A stretch of DNA of 64,000 nucleotides from Bacilli bacterium (GCA_017438635.1 JAFRUZ010000011.1:5766-69765); one strand, 5' to 3'. Numbered from the stretch's first letter, positions 27,361 to 36,294 are shown. Numbers and translations are program-made. The notes: a model not told the origin generated them from the sequence alone.

Positions 27361-29619
27361 TTATTCATCAAAGAAATCATCAAAGAATTGATCATCAGTA
27401 ACCATAATACCAGATACTGGTGAATCAATAACAGGTTCACTCTTCTTCATTGGAGCTATTTCATCACTTGGTTTAAAACCTGTAAACATAGTAGGAGCAA
27501 TATTAGCCACTTCTTGAGAACTAGAAACAGTTTCAGTTACCTCTTTTTCTTCAGAAACTTCTTGTATTTCTTCTTTCTTTTTAGTTTCTTTAACTGCAGC
27601 TTCTTCTTTCTTCTTTTGTTCCTCTATTTTCTTTCTTTCTTCCTCTTCCTCTTTTTCAAGTTCAGCAATCTTAGCATCAATTTTCTTTACTAAATCGTCA
27701 ACATTCAAACCTGAAGGTTCAGAACTAGACATTGGATTACCAGGCATAGGATTACTATTCTGAATAGGATTAAAAGGATTAGTAGTCATCCCTGGTATAC
27801 CAGGCATATTAGGCATTCCTGACATTCCAGGCATAGCCATACCACCATCTTGCATGCCACCAGCATTTTCTATCATATTCATAAATTTATTTTTTCTTTT
27901 ATCTTTAACAAATTCTTTTATATCAAATACTTTTACTGGTCTCTTTTGTCTTTCAACAAATGGATCAGCATCAACTTTAGGTATATTCCAATCTATTTGA
28001 AAATTTGGAGTTAGTTTAGTTTTATAAGGATTAAGTCTAGTCCTTATAACAATAGCCTCAAACTGTTTCATCTTTTGAAGATCAGCAACAGTTATAAGTG
28101 GTCTAGCTTCTTCTCTTTCTTTTTCACCACTACCTACTTTAACCATTTTATCTCCACAAAGTTCACTGATTTCTTTCAAAGCTGAAAGCTCAGTAGTAAG
28201 CAAATACAAAAGATTAGTACAGTTACTTCTGATAGTTTGAGCTATTTCTTTATTATAAGTAGCCTCAAGCCCTGCAAAGTTTTGAACTATCATTGTAAGA
28301 CGAATATGTCTAGAACGAGCCGCCGCTACCATTGTAGTAATATCTTTAAGTGGCGGCATATTTTGAAACTCATCTAGTATAAAATTAGTTCTTACTGGAA
28401 GTTGCCCTTTATCAGAATGTTGAGCAACATCTATTAATGATTCATATACTTGCTTAATAAATATAGTAGCAAGTGCATGATATGTTTTCTTTTCATCTTG
28501 AATAATCATAAATACTGCTGTTTTCTTTTGACCAATAGAATCTATATCAAAATCATTTTGTGATAACATTTCTGATAAGTTTTCACGTGAAGCAAAAAGT
28601 CTGATTTTTTGCTTAAAAGTAGATAATATAGAACCTTTTGTTTCTTCAGGAGCAGTAATTGTACCAGATGCACTAGTATAAGCTGCACCTGCAGGATCCT
28701 TTTCATTAAAGTATTCCTTAATATATGTACTTCTTCCCCCAAATCTTTCTTCCCCTACAGTAGTCATAAGAGAAATACTATTAAGGTTAATTTCTTCCTC
28801 TTTAGCATCCTCAAATAAACCTAAAGCAAGACCAACAAAGTAGTCAGCAGAAGTCTTTTCCCAAAATGGATCCTTACTTGATCCTCCAGTATCATCATAA
28901 AGAATATTAGCAGCAAGGTCATCTAAAAGTTCCATTGACTTATCAGTATTACCTGCTTGATATAATTTATATGGTAAGTTAAGAGGATTCCAAGTATTTC
29001 CTTTCTGAGGATCACGGAAATTAAGTACAATTATTTGATATCCTTTTTCTTTTAAAAGACCAGCACTTTCACGATAGATTTCACCTTTAGGATCAGTTAC
29101 AATCATCGATTCACCTCTTTTAGCAAGTATCTTAACAAGTGGATGAATTACACATTGAGTTTTACCTGTACCAGTAGAACCGATTACAATATTATGTGTA
29201 TCAGCATCATCAACCCAAAACTTATCACCATTACTAATTATAGGAAAACCAGCGTAATCATAATCAGAATCCCTTACGTTAACTTCCTTTAAAGTATTTT
29301 TTACTTCTTTAGCAGTAGACCATCTTGAAAAACCTTTTTCATCTTTAGGTCCAAAAGATATTCCGGGTCCCCCAACATCTCTATCAAAGAAATAATCCTT
29401 AACTGTTACAAATAAGAAAATCATAGCGAAAATATAAAAGAGTAATACTGCACCTAAATTATGGAAAAGTGCATGAAATGGATCTATACCTGCAAACTTA
29501 CCAGTAGTTGAAAATGAATTAATATTATTAACTAATATTGAAACAACTACTAATAATAGTATTGCAAATGCTCCAAATATCATCCAATCTCTTTTAGTTG
29601 CTTTAAGTCTTAATTTCAT
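27361..29619 (-). CDS. virD4: Type IV coupling protein (VirD4/TraG family) with a long low-complexity C-terminal tail
   Basis: Two N-terminal TM helices. Walker A IGSTGTGKTQ. Walker B FILDEFQNMPPL. ARSRHIRLTMIVQNFAGLE. The tail carries MPGMSGMPNMPGIPGM repeats, an E/K-rich stretch, and ends DDQFFDDFFDE. Confidence 0.9.
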   Translation of the reverse strand: MKLRLKATKRDWMIFGAFAILLLVVVSILVNNINSFSTTGKFAGIDPFHALFHNLGAVLLFYIFAMIFLFVTVKDYFFDRDVGGPGISFGPKDEKGFSRWSTAKEVKNTLKEVNVRDSDYDYAGFPIISNGDKFWVDDADTHNIVIGSTGTGKTQCVIHPLVKILAKRGESMIVTDPKGEIYRESAGLLKEKGYQIIVLNFRDPQKGNTWNPLNLPYKLYQAGNTDKSMELLDDLAANILYDDTGGSSKDPFWEKTSADYFVGLALGLFEDAKEEEINLNSISLMTTVGEERFGGRSTYIKEYFNEKDPAGAAYTSASGTITAPEETKGSILSTFKQKIRLFASRENLSEMLSQNDFDIDSIGQKKTAVFMIIQDEKKTYHALATIFIKQVYESLIDVAQHSDKGQLPVRTNFILDEFQNMPPLKDITTMVAAARSRHIRLTMIVQNFAGLEATYNKEIAQTIRSNCTNLLYLLTTELSALKEISELCGDKMVKVGSGEKEREEARPLITVADLQKMKQFEAIVIRTRLNPYKTKLTPNFQIDWNIPKVDADPFVERQKRPVKVFDIKEFVKDKRKNKFMNMIENAGGMQDGGMAMPGMSGMPNMPGIPGMTTNPFNPIQNSNPMPGNPMSSSEPSGLNVDDLVKKIDAKIAELEKEEEEERKKIEEQKKKEEAAVKETKKKEEIQEVSEEKEVTETVSSSQEVANIAPTMFTGFKPSDEIAPMKKSEPVIDSPVSGIMVTDDQFFDDFFDE

Positions 29620-29642
29620 TACTTGTCGCCTCCTTTAGAAGT

Positions 29643-31433
29643 CTATAGTCCTCCACCACTACCAAATGATTCTAACTCTTCTGGAGTTACTATAACTGAT
29701 ATTCTCATTCTTCTAGAACCACATACAAATAGTGCTTCTCCTTGAGAATATCTCTTTATACTTTCTTTTTCATTATCATTCAAATCTATTAGAAGTGATA
29801 AATCTTCTACAGCTTGTTTTTTAAGTCCCATTACTAGGTAATAAGAAGCGTTATCAAAGATAGCTTTTCCTTGAGTTATTACTTCTCTAGTAGTAAAGTC
29901 ACTTGGTTGTTGAGTAATAATTATATTACCAGTATTATACTTACGAGATCTTCTTTGAATTTGTGCTAAGAAATCAGCTCCAAGTACATTACCTCCAGAT
30001 AAAAGTACATGTGCTTCATCTACCATAAGTACTGTATTTATACTTGAATCTAAACACAAACTCCAAGCATATTTAAGAACATTGAATAATAATGCATTTC
30101 TAATATTTACATCAGTATTCATAAGTTCCCTTATATTAAATACTATAAAATTACTGTTTATAGTTATTGTAGTTTTTCCATTAAAGAAAAATCTAAGTTC
30201 GTTGACAAATGGTCTAACTTTTAATTCAAGTCTTTCCATTATATCTCTTTCATGTGTCATATCTGTCATAGATGTAAGTTTACCTTTAATAGTAGTATAA
30301 ACATCATCAAATGTTGGATAGTTTTGACTCGTAAAATTAGAGAAATCTGTATCAAAACCAATTCCAAATCTTTGATATGTTTCTTGAGTAAGTTCTATAA
30401 ATAAGTTAAGAACATCTTCTTCAATAGATGGGTCATAATACTTCATAAATCCTTTTAAGAATTGAAGAGTTTTAGTAAGTACTGTATAACCAAGTCCTTG
30501 TCTTAATTCTTCATCATCAGCATCTATTAATACTTCAAGTGGATTTATAAGTCCGAATTCACCACCCTTACCTAAATCTATAACATCTCCACCAGTAGCT
30601 TCTACCATTTCTTTAAGTTCGTTTTCAGGATCGATAGCTACTATTTTATAACTATTTCTAATAGCAGTTCTAAGAAGTAATTTTGCAGCAGTTGATTTAC
30701 CACTACCAGAAGTACCTAATATAATCATATTAGCATTAGTTCTATTATGTTCTTTTCTCATTTGATATAAGAATTGATTAAACATAACGACACCACCAGA
30801 GAAATCTGTACCAAGAAGTACTGAAGGCCCTGGATCTTTAATACTATCAAATATATATGGATACATACCAGCCATAGTTGGGCTTGGCATTATAGTACCA
30901 ATACGTTCCTCAATTTCTTGTTTTGGAAATACTGGTATCATAGATTTTAATACTTGTTCTTGTTCAAATCTAAGAGGTATAGCACGAAGTTGCATAGCAT
31001 CTAAATAATTCTTAATTTGAATTCTCTTTAAATCTACATCTTCTTTAGAATCACCAGAAACAATTATATGCATTTGAAAATCAAATGTTTTCGATTGAGC
31101 TGAAGCAAGTTGTTGAATAAATGATTCCAAAGTTTCGTAATCTTGTCTAATCGATTCTTGATAAGTTGCATCTCTTTCTTCTTGATATCTAGTTTTCATA
31201 GCTGCAAGTTCTTTGTTAAGCATCTTAGTAAGAGTAGAAAATGGGACTGGAATATGTTTAATAACAATTTTTACTCCAGGCATATTAGTAATATTAGATA
31301 AGAAACCTACTCCAACATATCTAGGATAACCAACAACAGATAGAATAGTCATATATTTATCTGAAGCTACAACCATACTACTATTTGAAAAATCAAGCCC
31401 TTTCGGAGCTACCTCACTTTTGAAAAAACTCAT
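29643..31433 (-). CDS. virB4: VirB4-family T4SS ATPase (middle plus ATPase domains)
   Basis: Walker A ILGTSGSGKST, Walker B VLMVDEAHVLL, IIITQQPSDF, and the N-terminal block YMTILSVVGYPRYVGVGFLSNI typical of Gram-positive VirB4 (PrgJ/Orf16/TcpF-like). Confidence 0.9.
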   Translation of the reverse strand: MSFFKSEVAPKGLDFSNSSMVVASDKYMTILSVVGYPRYVGVGFLSNITNMPGVKIVIKHIPVPFSTLTKMLNKELAAMKTRYQEERDATYQESIRQDYETLESFIQQLASAQSKTFDFQMHIIVSGDSKEDVDLKRIQIKNYLDAMQLRAIPLRFEQEQVLKSMIPVFPKQEIEERIGTIMPSPTMAGMYPYIFDSIKDPGPSVLLGTDFSGGVVMFNQFLYQMRKEHNRTNANMIILGTSGSGKSTAAKLLLRTAIRNSYKIVAIDPENELKEMVEATGGDVIDLGKGGEFGLINPLEVLIDADDEELRQGLGYTVLTKTLQFLKGFMKYYDPSIEEDVLNLFIELTQETYQRFGIGFDTDFSNFTSQNYPTFDDVYTTIKGKLTSMTDMTHERDIMERLELKVRPFVNELRFFFNGKTTITINSNFIVFNIRELMNTDVNIRNALLFNVLKYAWSLCLDSSINTVLMVDEAHVLLSGGNVLGADFLAQIQRRSRKYNTGNIIITQQPSDFTTREVITQGKAIFDNASYYLVMGLKKQAVEDLSLLIDLNDNEKESIKRYSQGEALFVCGSRRMRISVIVTPEELESFGSGGGL

Positions 31434-32089
31434 ATTGGCATCACGCTCCCAGATTCATATTTTCTTCCCCCATTTAAGAAATTATCAATAATCATTCTCA
31501 AATCATCGTTACTAGTTTGACTAGCAATAAGTCCCGCACTAGCAAGAGAATTAATCATATTACGAAGTTTCTTTTGAAGAAGTTCACCATTCTTTTCCTT
31601 AAATAAAAGGAAATATTCTGTATCAACAACATCATTATTTATGAAATAATCACCTTTTTGTAAATCTTGTGCAATTAATTTACGAATTCTAGGATCTTGA
31701 GTACTATTGTATAAAACTTGAAGTTCTGCTTGATATACTGCAATATCAACAGGACGATCTGCTACAACTAGCCAGAATTCAAAATCCAAAGTGTTGTAAA
31801 AATTCATTAAACCAATAAGTGCATTATCCATAGAACCTTGATCAAGGATAAATATGTTTCTTGGTTGAACTTTTACACCTGTAATCATTTCATTTTTGTT
31901 GTTGTACATGATACCATTACTAATTGCTTTTAATGGTAACCAGTTCTCAGTATATTTAGCATTAGTTTGTGCTGCTTTAGGCATTTTTTTAGTACCAGCA
32001 TCACCTTTACTAGCAATACCAGCTTGAGAACTGTTAATACCACTAGTCACACTTTGATTAACTTGATTGTTCATCATTTGATTGTTCAT
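31430..32089 (-). CDS. Separate ORF resembling the N-terminal domain of Gram-positive VirB4 proteins
   Basis: ENWLPLKAISNGIMYNNKNEMITGVKVQPRNIFILDQGSMDNALIGLMNFYNTLDFEFWLVV resembles the N-terminal region of Orf16/PrgJ-type VirB4. Its stop overlaps the virB4 ATG by 4 nt (ATGA). Combined, the two ORFs are roughly the size I recall for single-chain homologs. The start is set at MNNQMMNNQ (GGAGAGGTTGGTG upstream). Confidence 0.55.
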   Translation of the reverse strand: MNNQMMNNQVNQSVTSGINSSQAGIASKGDAGTKKMPKAAQTNAKYTENWLPLKAISNGIMYNNKNEMITGVKVQPRNIFILDQGSMDNALIGLMNFYNTLDFEFWLVVADRPVDIAVYQAELQVLYNSTQDPRIRKLIAQDLQKGDYFINNDVVDTEYFLLFKEKNGELLQKKLRNMINSLASAGLIASQTSNDDLRMIIDNFLNGGRKYESGSVMPI

Positions 32090-32390
32090 ATTTATAACAC
32101 CAACCTCTCCATACATATTTTCTTCTATTTACAAAATAGAATCTATACATTTCACGAAAGAATATTCTTGCGTTGTGATAATTTGGAATTGGAAACACCA
32201 AAAACCCTGAAACAAATGCCGGTAATATTATAAGCAAACTAATAAAGAAAGATGCGCTATGGAAAATTGCAAACAGTAGAAATGATATACCAATTCCAAC
32301 TGCAGCAATTATAGCATCAGTAGGTGTTAAAAAACCAAATATTAAACTCTGCTTCTTACTATTAGCAGGCACTAAATAATTATAATCCAT
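32058..32390 (-). CDS. Small two-TM membrane protein in the VirB3/PrgI/Orf17 position
   Basis: 110 aa with two adjacent hydrophobic helices (AIIAAVGIGISFLLFAIF and FFISLLIILPAFVSGFLVF) and a basic C-terminus. It lies immediately upstream of, and overlaps, the VirB4 N-domain ORF. Confidence 0.5.
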   Translation of the reverse strand: MDYNYLVPANSKKQSLIFGFLTPTDAIIAAVGIGISFLLFAIFHSASFFISLLIILPAFVSGFLVFPIPNYHNARIFFREMYRFYFVNRRKYVWRGWCYKYEQSNDEQSS

Positions 32391-32407
32391 CTAGTATCAC
32401 ATCCTTT

Positions 32408-35041
32408 TTATTTATTATCACTATAATACATTTTTTCCAATGCTTTAAGTTCTTGATATTCTTTACTATTAGTAATTCTAATTTCATCTTTATCAAGTTC
32501 TCTCATTGCATCATAAGTAGATAATTTAATATCTTGAACATTCTTAAATCCTTTAGCAAGAGTATTTAGGTCTAATCCTTGACCAGATAAAGCCTGTGCA
32601 AGAGCAGGATTAGTTTTAATAGCATCAATAAATGTTTGCATCTTTTGTTCTGCTGTATCTACTCCTTTAGCATAAGCACCAGCTTTGAAATCACCAAGTG
32701 ATATTTCACGACCATCTCTATCTCTAATACCCAAATGATCAATGTTTAATGCAGCATCCCCGTTATATGTTCCATCAGCATTTCTATTAGAATTCATTTG
32801 TTGGCCAACATTAGTAAGTATATTTTTAAAATCATTATCAGTAATTAAGCCTTGAGAATTAAGTTTAGCCAAGTCATTAATTGCTGGTATTTTCTTAACA
32901 GCACTTTCAAAATCATCAGCAAAGCCTTGCATACTTTTTGTTATTTCTTGTAAGGCCTTTATATTATTCAATTTTTCTTCAACTTTATCTGTAGGTTTAC
33001 CAACTCTAAATTTTGAAATAATACCTTCAGCTAATACTTTGGTAGGTTTAATACCATCCTGTCTAAGCCTATCAATATAACCTTTATTATCTGTAGCCAC
33101 AGATGAGCCACCTTCAAATGGTTTACCAGAAACACCAGATCTAGCTCCTCTAAAGAATCCAGAAAATGTACCACCGAGAACAGTTTTTCCAAATGCAACT
33201 CCACTATTTAATACATCATTTTTTAAATAATCTTTACGAGTATCTTTTAACCATTGCTTTTGACTATCATCACCTTGCCTTGCAGCAGCTATAGCATTTT
33301 TTCTAGTTTCTCTACTCTGTTTAACAGAATCCAAATTTCTATAATCACCATACGCTTTAATTCCACTTACTAAACCTGCGCCAACTCCAATAGCTGCCCC
33401 AGCAGTCATTCCTATAGCCTTTTTACCCATATCTGTAATTTCTTTGAACGAACCAGATCCAACTTCAATACCAAATATTTTAGATATCATAGTTGGTATC
33501 ATCTTAGCAAATAACAATATAGCTATAATATAGAAGAATAATAAAAGTCCAGATCCTTCAACAGCAGTACTTACTGATTTTAATAAAACTATAGCAAATG
33601 AAATAGCAATCAATTTTAAGAACAAATCTAAATATGTTAGGATATACATTTCACCCCAACGTTTAAATATCTTATCATTTGGATCCACATAACTAATTAT
33701 AGGTATTGGAGCCATTATTTCAAGTAAAATCAATTTAAATCTACGAATAATTACCTCAACACATAATACCGCTATCCATACAACTAACCCTATACCTGCA
33801 ACCATTCCTATTACAAAATCTAATGTCATTGCAGAATTATCATCATCAAGAGCATTTTCTATATCTTTATTAGCAACATTTGACATTAACATTTTTTCTT
33901 TCAATGGTTCACACTCACTATCACCATTACACTCAATAAAAGAAGATAAAGCGCTTTGTGCAAACTGAATAGCCTCATTGCTAACACCAAATAAAAAACT
34001 ATTTTCAGCACTTATTCCTAATGATTCTGAAATTGTTTCAGCATTAGAGCCAGCAGCAGGTATTCCACTTTTTTGAACAGCAGCCATCATTGTTTCCGCA
34101 GAATGCCAACCACCTACATATCTAGAATATACTTCTTCCCAAGACGAAGCATTTCCATAACCATCAGACGCTTTATTACGTCCACCTCCAACTTCTTCTA
34201 TTACATTAGGGCAATTATGCTTACTTGGCCAACCATTTTCTAATGTAGGCCAATTCATAGCACCATTTTCCCAAAGACCTCCTGCAACACTTACTCCAAA
34301 ATCAGCTTCATATGGAGAAGAAGAATCAGAAGTAAAACTATAATCACAACCACCTAATTTACCACTACACAATTTATTTGTAACACCAGTCTCTGTATCA
34401 GGATACAAAGTAAGATGAAGCATATGCGTAATACTCTTTTCACTCTTAGGAGTATTTCCACCATTCTTATTAGCTATATTCTGACTTGATGCAGTAATAT
34501 AAACATAATAACAATCATATCCTTGGTTAGAATTAACTGCATATACATTATCAACAAATAATTCATTTTTACTATTTGACTTACTTAAAGTACCTTTCTC
34601 ACCATTTACCTCAGGTAATATATTATTTATCAAACCATCCTCTGCTAATAAGGCTCTTTCTATACGCATTAAAATACCTGGATCGTCAGGATTTTTATTA
34701 AAAATCCAACCGTTTGGAACGAATAATAACAACATTGCTAAACTTGTTATTATTCTAGTAATCATTTTAGCAGGACCTGCTTGAGCATCATTAAGTTTAT
34801 CAGGTTCAATAAGAAAGTTAATCATTGAAAGAGTAACCCTAAATAACATAAATACCCCTGCAAGAGTATACATAGTAGTCATGACATTAGTAGTAGTAAT
34901 AATAAAATTATCAGGTACTCCACCATCACTGTAATAACCAGTTAATTTAAGCATAATATCATATATTCTAGCTACTGTACCAAACAATCCGGCTAAAATA
35001 CCGAACCCTATACTAGCCCATCCTAATAATATCTGAATCAT
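32408..35041 (-). CDS. Large polytopic membrane protein, VirB6/TrbL-like, with a Cys-rich ectodomain of about 270 aa and a soluble C-terminal region of about 300 aa
   Basis: 877 aa with multiple TM helices at residues 1-110 and about 400-560. Six Cys residues lie in the intervening loop (GYDCYY, KLCSGKLGGCDY, KHNCPN, IECNGDSECEP). The position and topology are those of the VirB6-like component. An AGGAGG SD lies 3 nt after the pilin-1 stop. Confidence 0.6.
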   Translation of the reverse strand: MIQILLGWASIGFGILAGLFGTVARIYDIMLKLTGYYSDGGVPDNFIITTTNVMTTMYTLAGVFMLFRVTLSMINFLIEPDKLNDAQAGPAKMITRIITSLAMLLLFVPNGWIFNKNPDDPGILMRIERALLAEDGLINNILPEVNGEKGTLSKSNSKNELFVDNVYAVNSNQGYDCYYVYITASSQNIANKNGGNTPKSEKSITHMLHLTLYPDTETGVTNKLCSGKLGGCDYSFTSDSSSPYEADFGVSVAGGLWENGAMNWPTLENGWPSKHNCPNVIEEVGGGRNKASDGYGNASSWEEVYSRYVGGWHSAETMMAAVQKSGIPAAGSNAETISESLGISAENSFLFGVSNEAIQFAQSALSSFIECNGDSECEPLKEKMLMSNVANKDIENALDDDNSAMTLDFVIGMVAGIGLVVWIAVLCVEVIIRRFKLILLEIMAPIPIISYVDPNDKIFKRWGEMYILTYLDLFLKLIAISFAIVLLKSVSTAVEGSGLLLFFYIIAILLFAKMIPTMISKIFGIEVGSGSFKEITDMGKKAIGMTAGAAIGVGAGLVSGIKAYGDYRNLDSVKQSRETRKNAIAAARQGDDSQKQWLKDTRKDYLKNDVLNSGVAFGKTVLGGTFSGFFRGARSGVSGKPFEGGSSVATDNKGYIDRLRQDGIKPTKVLAEGIISKFRVGKPTDKVEEKLNNIKALQEITKSMQGFADDFESAVKKIPAINDLAKLNSQGLITDNDFKNILTNVGQQMNSNRNADGTYNGDAALNIDHLGIRDRDGREISLGDFKAGAYAKGVDTAEQKMQTFIDAIKTNPALAQALSGQGLDLNTLAKGFKNVQDIKLSTYDAMRELDKDEIRITNSKEYQELKALEKMYYSDNK

Positions 35042-35044
35042 ACA

Positions 35045-35377
35045 CTAACCTCCTATATGACAAGACCCACTTGCCAAACCTGCTAAATCTAGTATTGCAT
35101 CTATTAAAATTGGAACAAAGAAGATAGCTAAACCAATAATAACTCTTTTAATAGATCTAGAAATAGCAGCACTCATAGCTTCTTCTTTTTGAGCAGTAAC
35201 TGCTTTTAGAATATCTACAGAACATAAAAGTATAACAAGAATAGGAACAGCAATTTGAATTGCTTTATAAACATCTCTTAAAACCTCTGTTAATTCAGCT
35301 CCTAAAACTGATTCACAATCAGTAATAGTAGTAAATATTCCTAAAACATTTAAGTTACCTAAAATAGCATTAATCAT
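35045..35377 (-). CDS. VirB2/TrbC-like pilin-like protein, paralog 1
   Basis: Two-TM hairpin with a K/R-rich loop (AVPILVILLCSVDILKAV...KRVIIGLAIFFVPILIDAIL). One Cys lies before TM1 (TDCES) and one after TM2 (GSCHIGG). The start at MINAIL follows an AAGGTGA SD. Confidence 0.55.
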   Translation of the reverse strand: MINAILGNLNVLGIFTTITDCESVLGAELTEVLRDVYKAIQIAVPILVILLCSVDILKAVTAQKEEAMSAAISRSIKRVIIGLAIFFVPILIDAILDLAGLASGSCHIGG

Positions 35378-35481
35378 ATACATCACCTTCATTTATATTT
35401 TCAAACTATTAACCTATTTTATTATATCAAAAAAAAAGATGCAAAACAACAAATTTCACATCTTTTTTTATTATTTTATTC

Positions 35482-35796
35482 CTATTTAAAGCCCATTGCT
35501 GCAAAGCATGCATTAGTAGTGGCATCAGTTTGTCCTATTCCAGTAAATATTGCCTTAACAATAACTACAACAAAGAATACAACTACACCATAAATAACTC
35601 TCTTAATTAACATCTTTTGAGCAGACTTAATTTCATCATCTTTACCAGCCATTACAGCCTTTCCTAAATCTAATGTTCCTAATAATACTATCATTATAGG
35701 AATAACCCATTGAATAATTGTAATAATTGTACCAACAGTACTCCAAATTGGTTGTGTAGCTTCACAGAACTCTCTAGCTCCTAATATTTGTAACAT
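35482..35796 (-). CDS. VirB2/TrbC-like pilin-like protein, paralog 2
   Basis: 104 aa with the same hairpin topology. It shares the motif IVLLGTLDLGKAV-AG-D with paralog 3. Cys residues lie at FCEAT and NACFAA. Confidence 0.6.
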   Translation of the reverse strand: MLQILGAREFCEATQPIWSTVGTIITIIQWVIPIMIVLLGTLDLGKAVMAGKDDEIKSAQKMLIKRVIYGVVVFFVVVIVKAIFTGIGQTDATTNACFAAMGFK

Positions 35797-35841
35797 ATTT
35801 TCTACCTCTTTCCTCTACAAATTTTCTTACTTTATAAACAA

Positions 35842-35870
35842 ATTATACTATACATATAATTTTGTGTCAA
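35842..35870 (-). promoter_or_regulatory. Consensus sigma-A promoter for pilin paralog 2
   Basis: The minus strand reads TTGACA, a 17-nt spacer, then TATAAT. Confidence 0.55.
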
Positions 35871-35886
35871 ACTATTTTTATATAAA

Positions 35887-36294
35887 TTATGCTTCTTCAC
35901 TAGAATGATTAGAAACACCACTATCAGTACTGTCATAACCATCAATACTACCAAAATCTACATCTTTTATATAACTTTCACATTCACTACCATTAGGTTT
36001 AGTAGCACACTGCCAACAAACTCTTGGAGCCCCACTGTTTAAGTCTAATCCAAGTAAACCAAAAATTACATAGACTATGTTAAATACAAAGAATATAGCA
36101 ATACCATATACTAGTCTTAGTAAAAATGATTTTTGTGACTCTTTAATTTTCTTATCTTCTCCTGCTATTACAGCTTTACCTAAATCTAGTGTACCTAATA
36201 ATACTATAATAATTGGAATAGCAATTCTTATTATATAAATAATAAACCCTACTACCTTCCAAATTCCTGCAGTTTCTGCACAAAATGAACTCAT
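35887..36294 (-). CDS. VirB2/TrbC-like pilin-like protein, paralog 3 (extended Cys-rich, acidic C-terminus)
   Basis: 135 aa. MSSFCAETAGIW..IIIVLLGTLDLGKAVIAGEDKKIKESQK..second TM..RVCWQCATKPNGSECESY. GGTGGTGA SD. Confidence 0.6.
   Translation of the reverse strand: MSSFCAETAGIWKVVGFIIYIIRIAIPIIIVLLGTLDLGKAVIAGEDKKIKESQKSFLLRLVYGIAIFFVFNIVYVIFGLLGLDLNSGAPRVCWQCATKPNGSECESYIKDVDFGSIDGYDSTDSGVSNHSSEEA

Larger units (their letters stand above)
27361..36294 (-). other. Type IV secretion (conjugation-like) gene set: 3 pilin-like genes, a VirB6-like gene, a VirB3-like gene, a split VirB4 and VirD4
   Basis: Eight co-oriented genes. The downstream genes are tightly packed or overlapping, while the pilin genes are separated by spacers of about 90 bp. 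See the individual entries. No relaxase, integrase, VirB8/TcpC-like protein or cell-wall hydrolase was recognised in or next to the set. Confidence 0.75.

Noticed and set aside
27540-27700. Apparent nucleotide repeats (ttcttc/tttctt runs) in the 3' part of virD4, and similar runs in the infB 5' part (11760-11960)
   Set aside because: They are the DNA image of E/K-rich low-complexity protein segments. They are not a tandem repeat element or a CRISPR-like array.
27361-36294. Calling the T4SS set an integrative conjugative element
   Set aside because: No relaxase, oriT-like repeat, integrase or DDE transposase, or flanking direct repeats could be found in the window. The label ICE is therefore not supported, and it is described only as a T4SS gene set.
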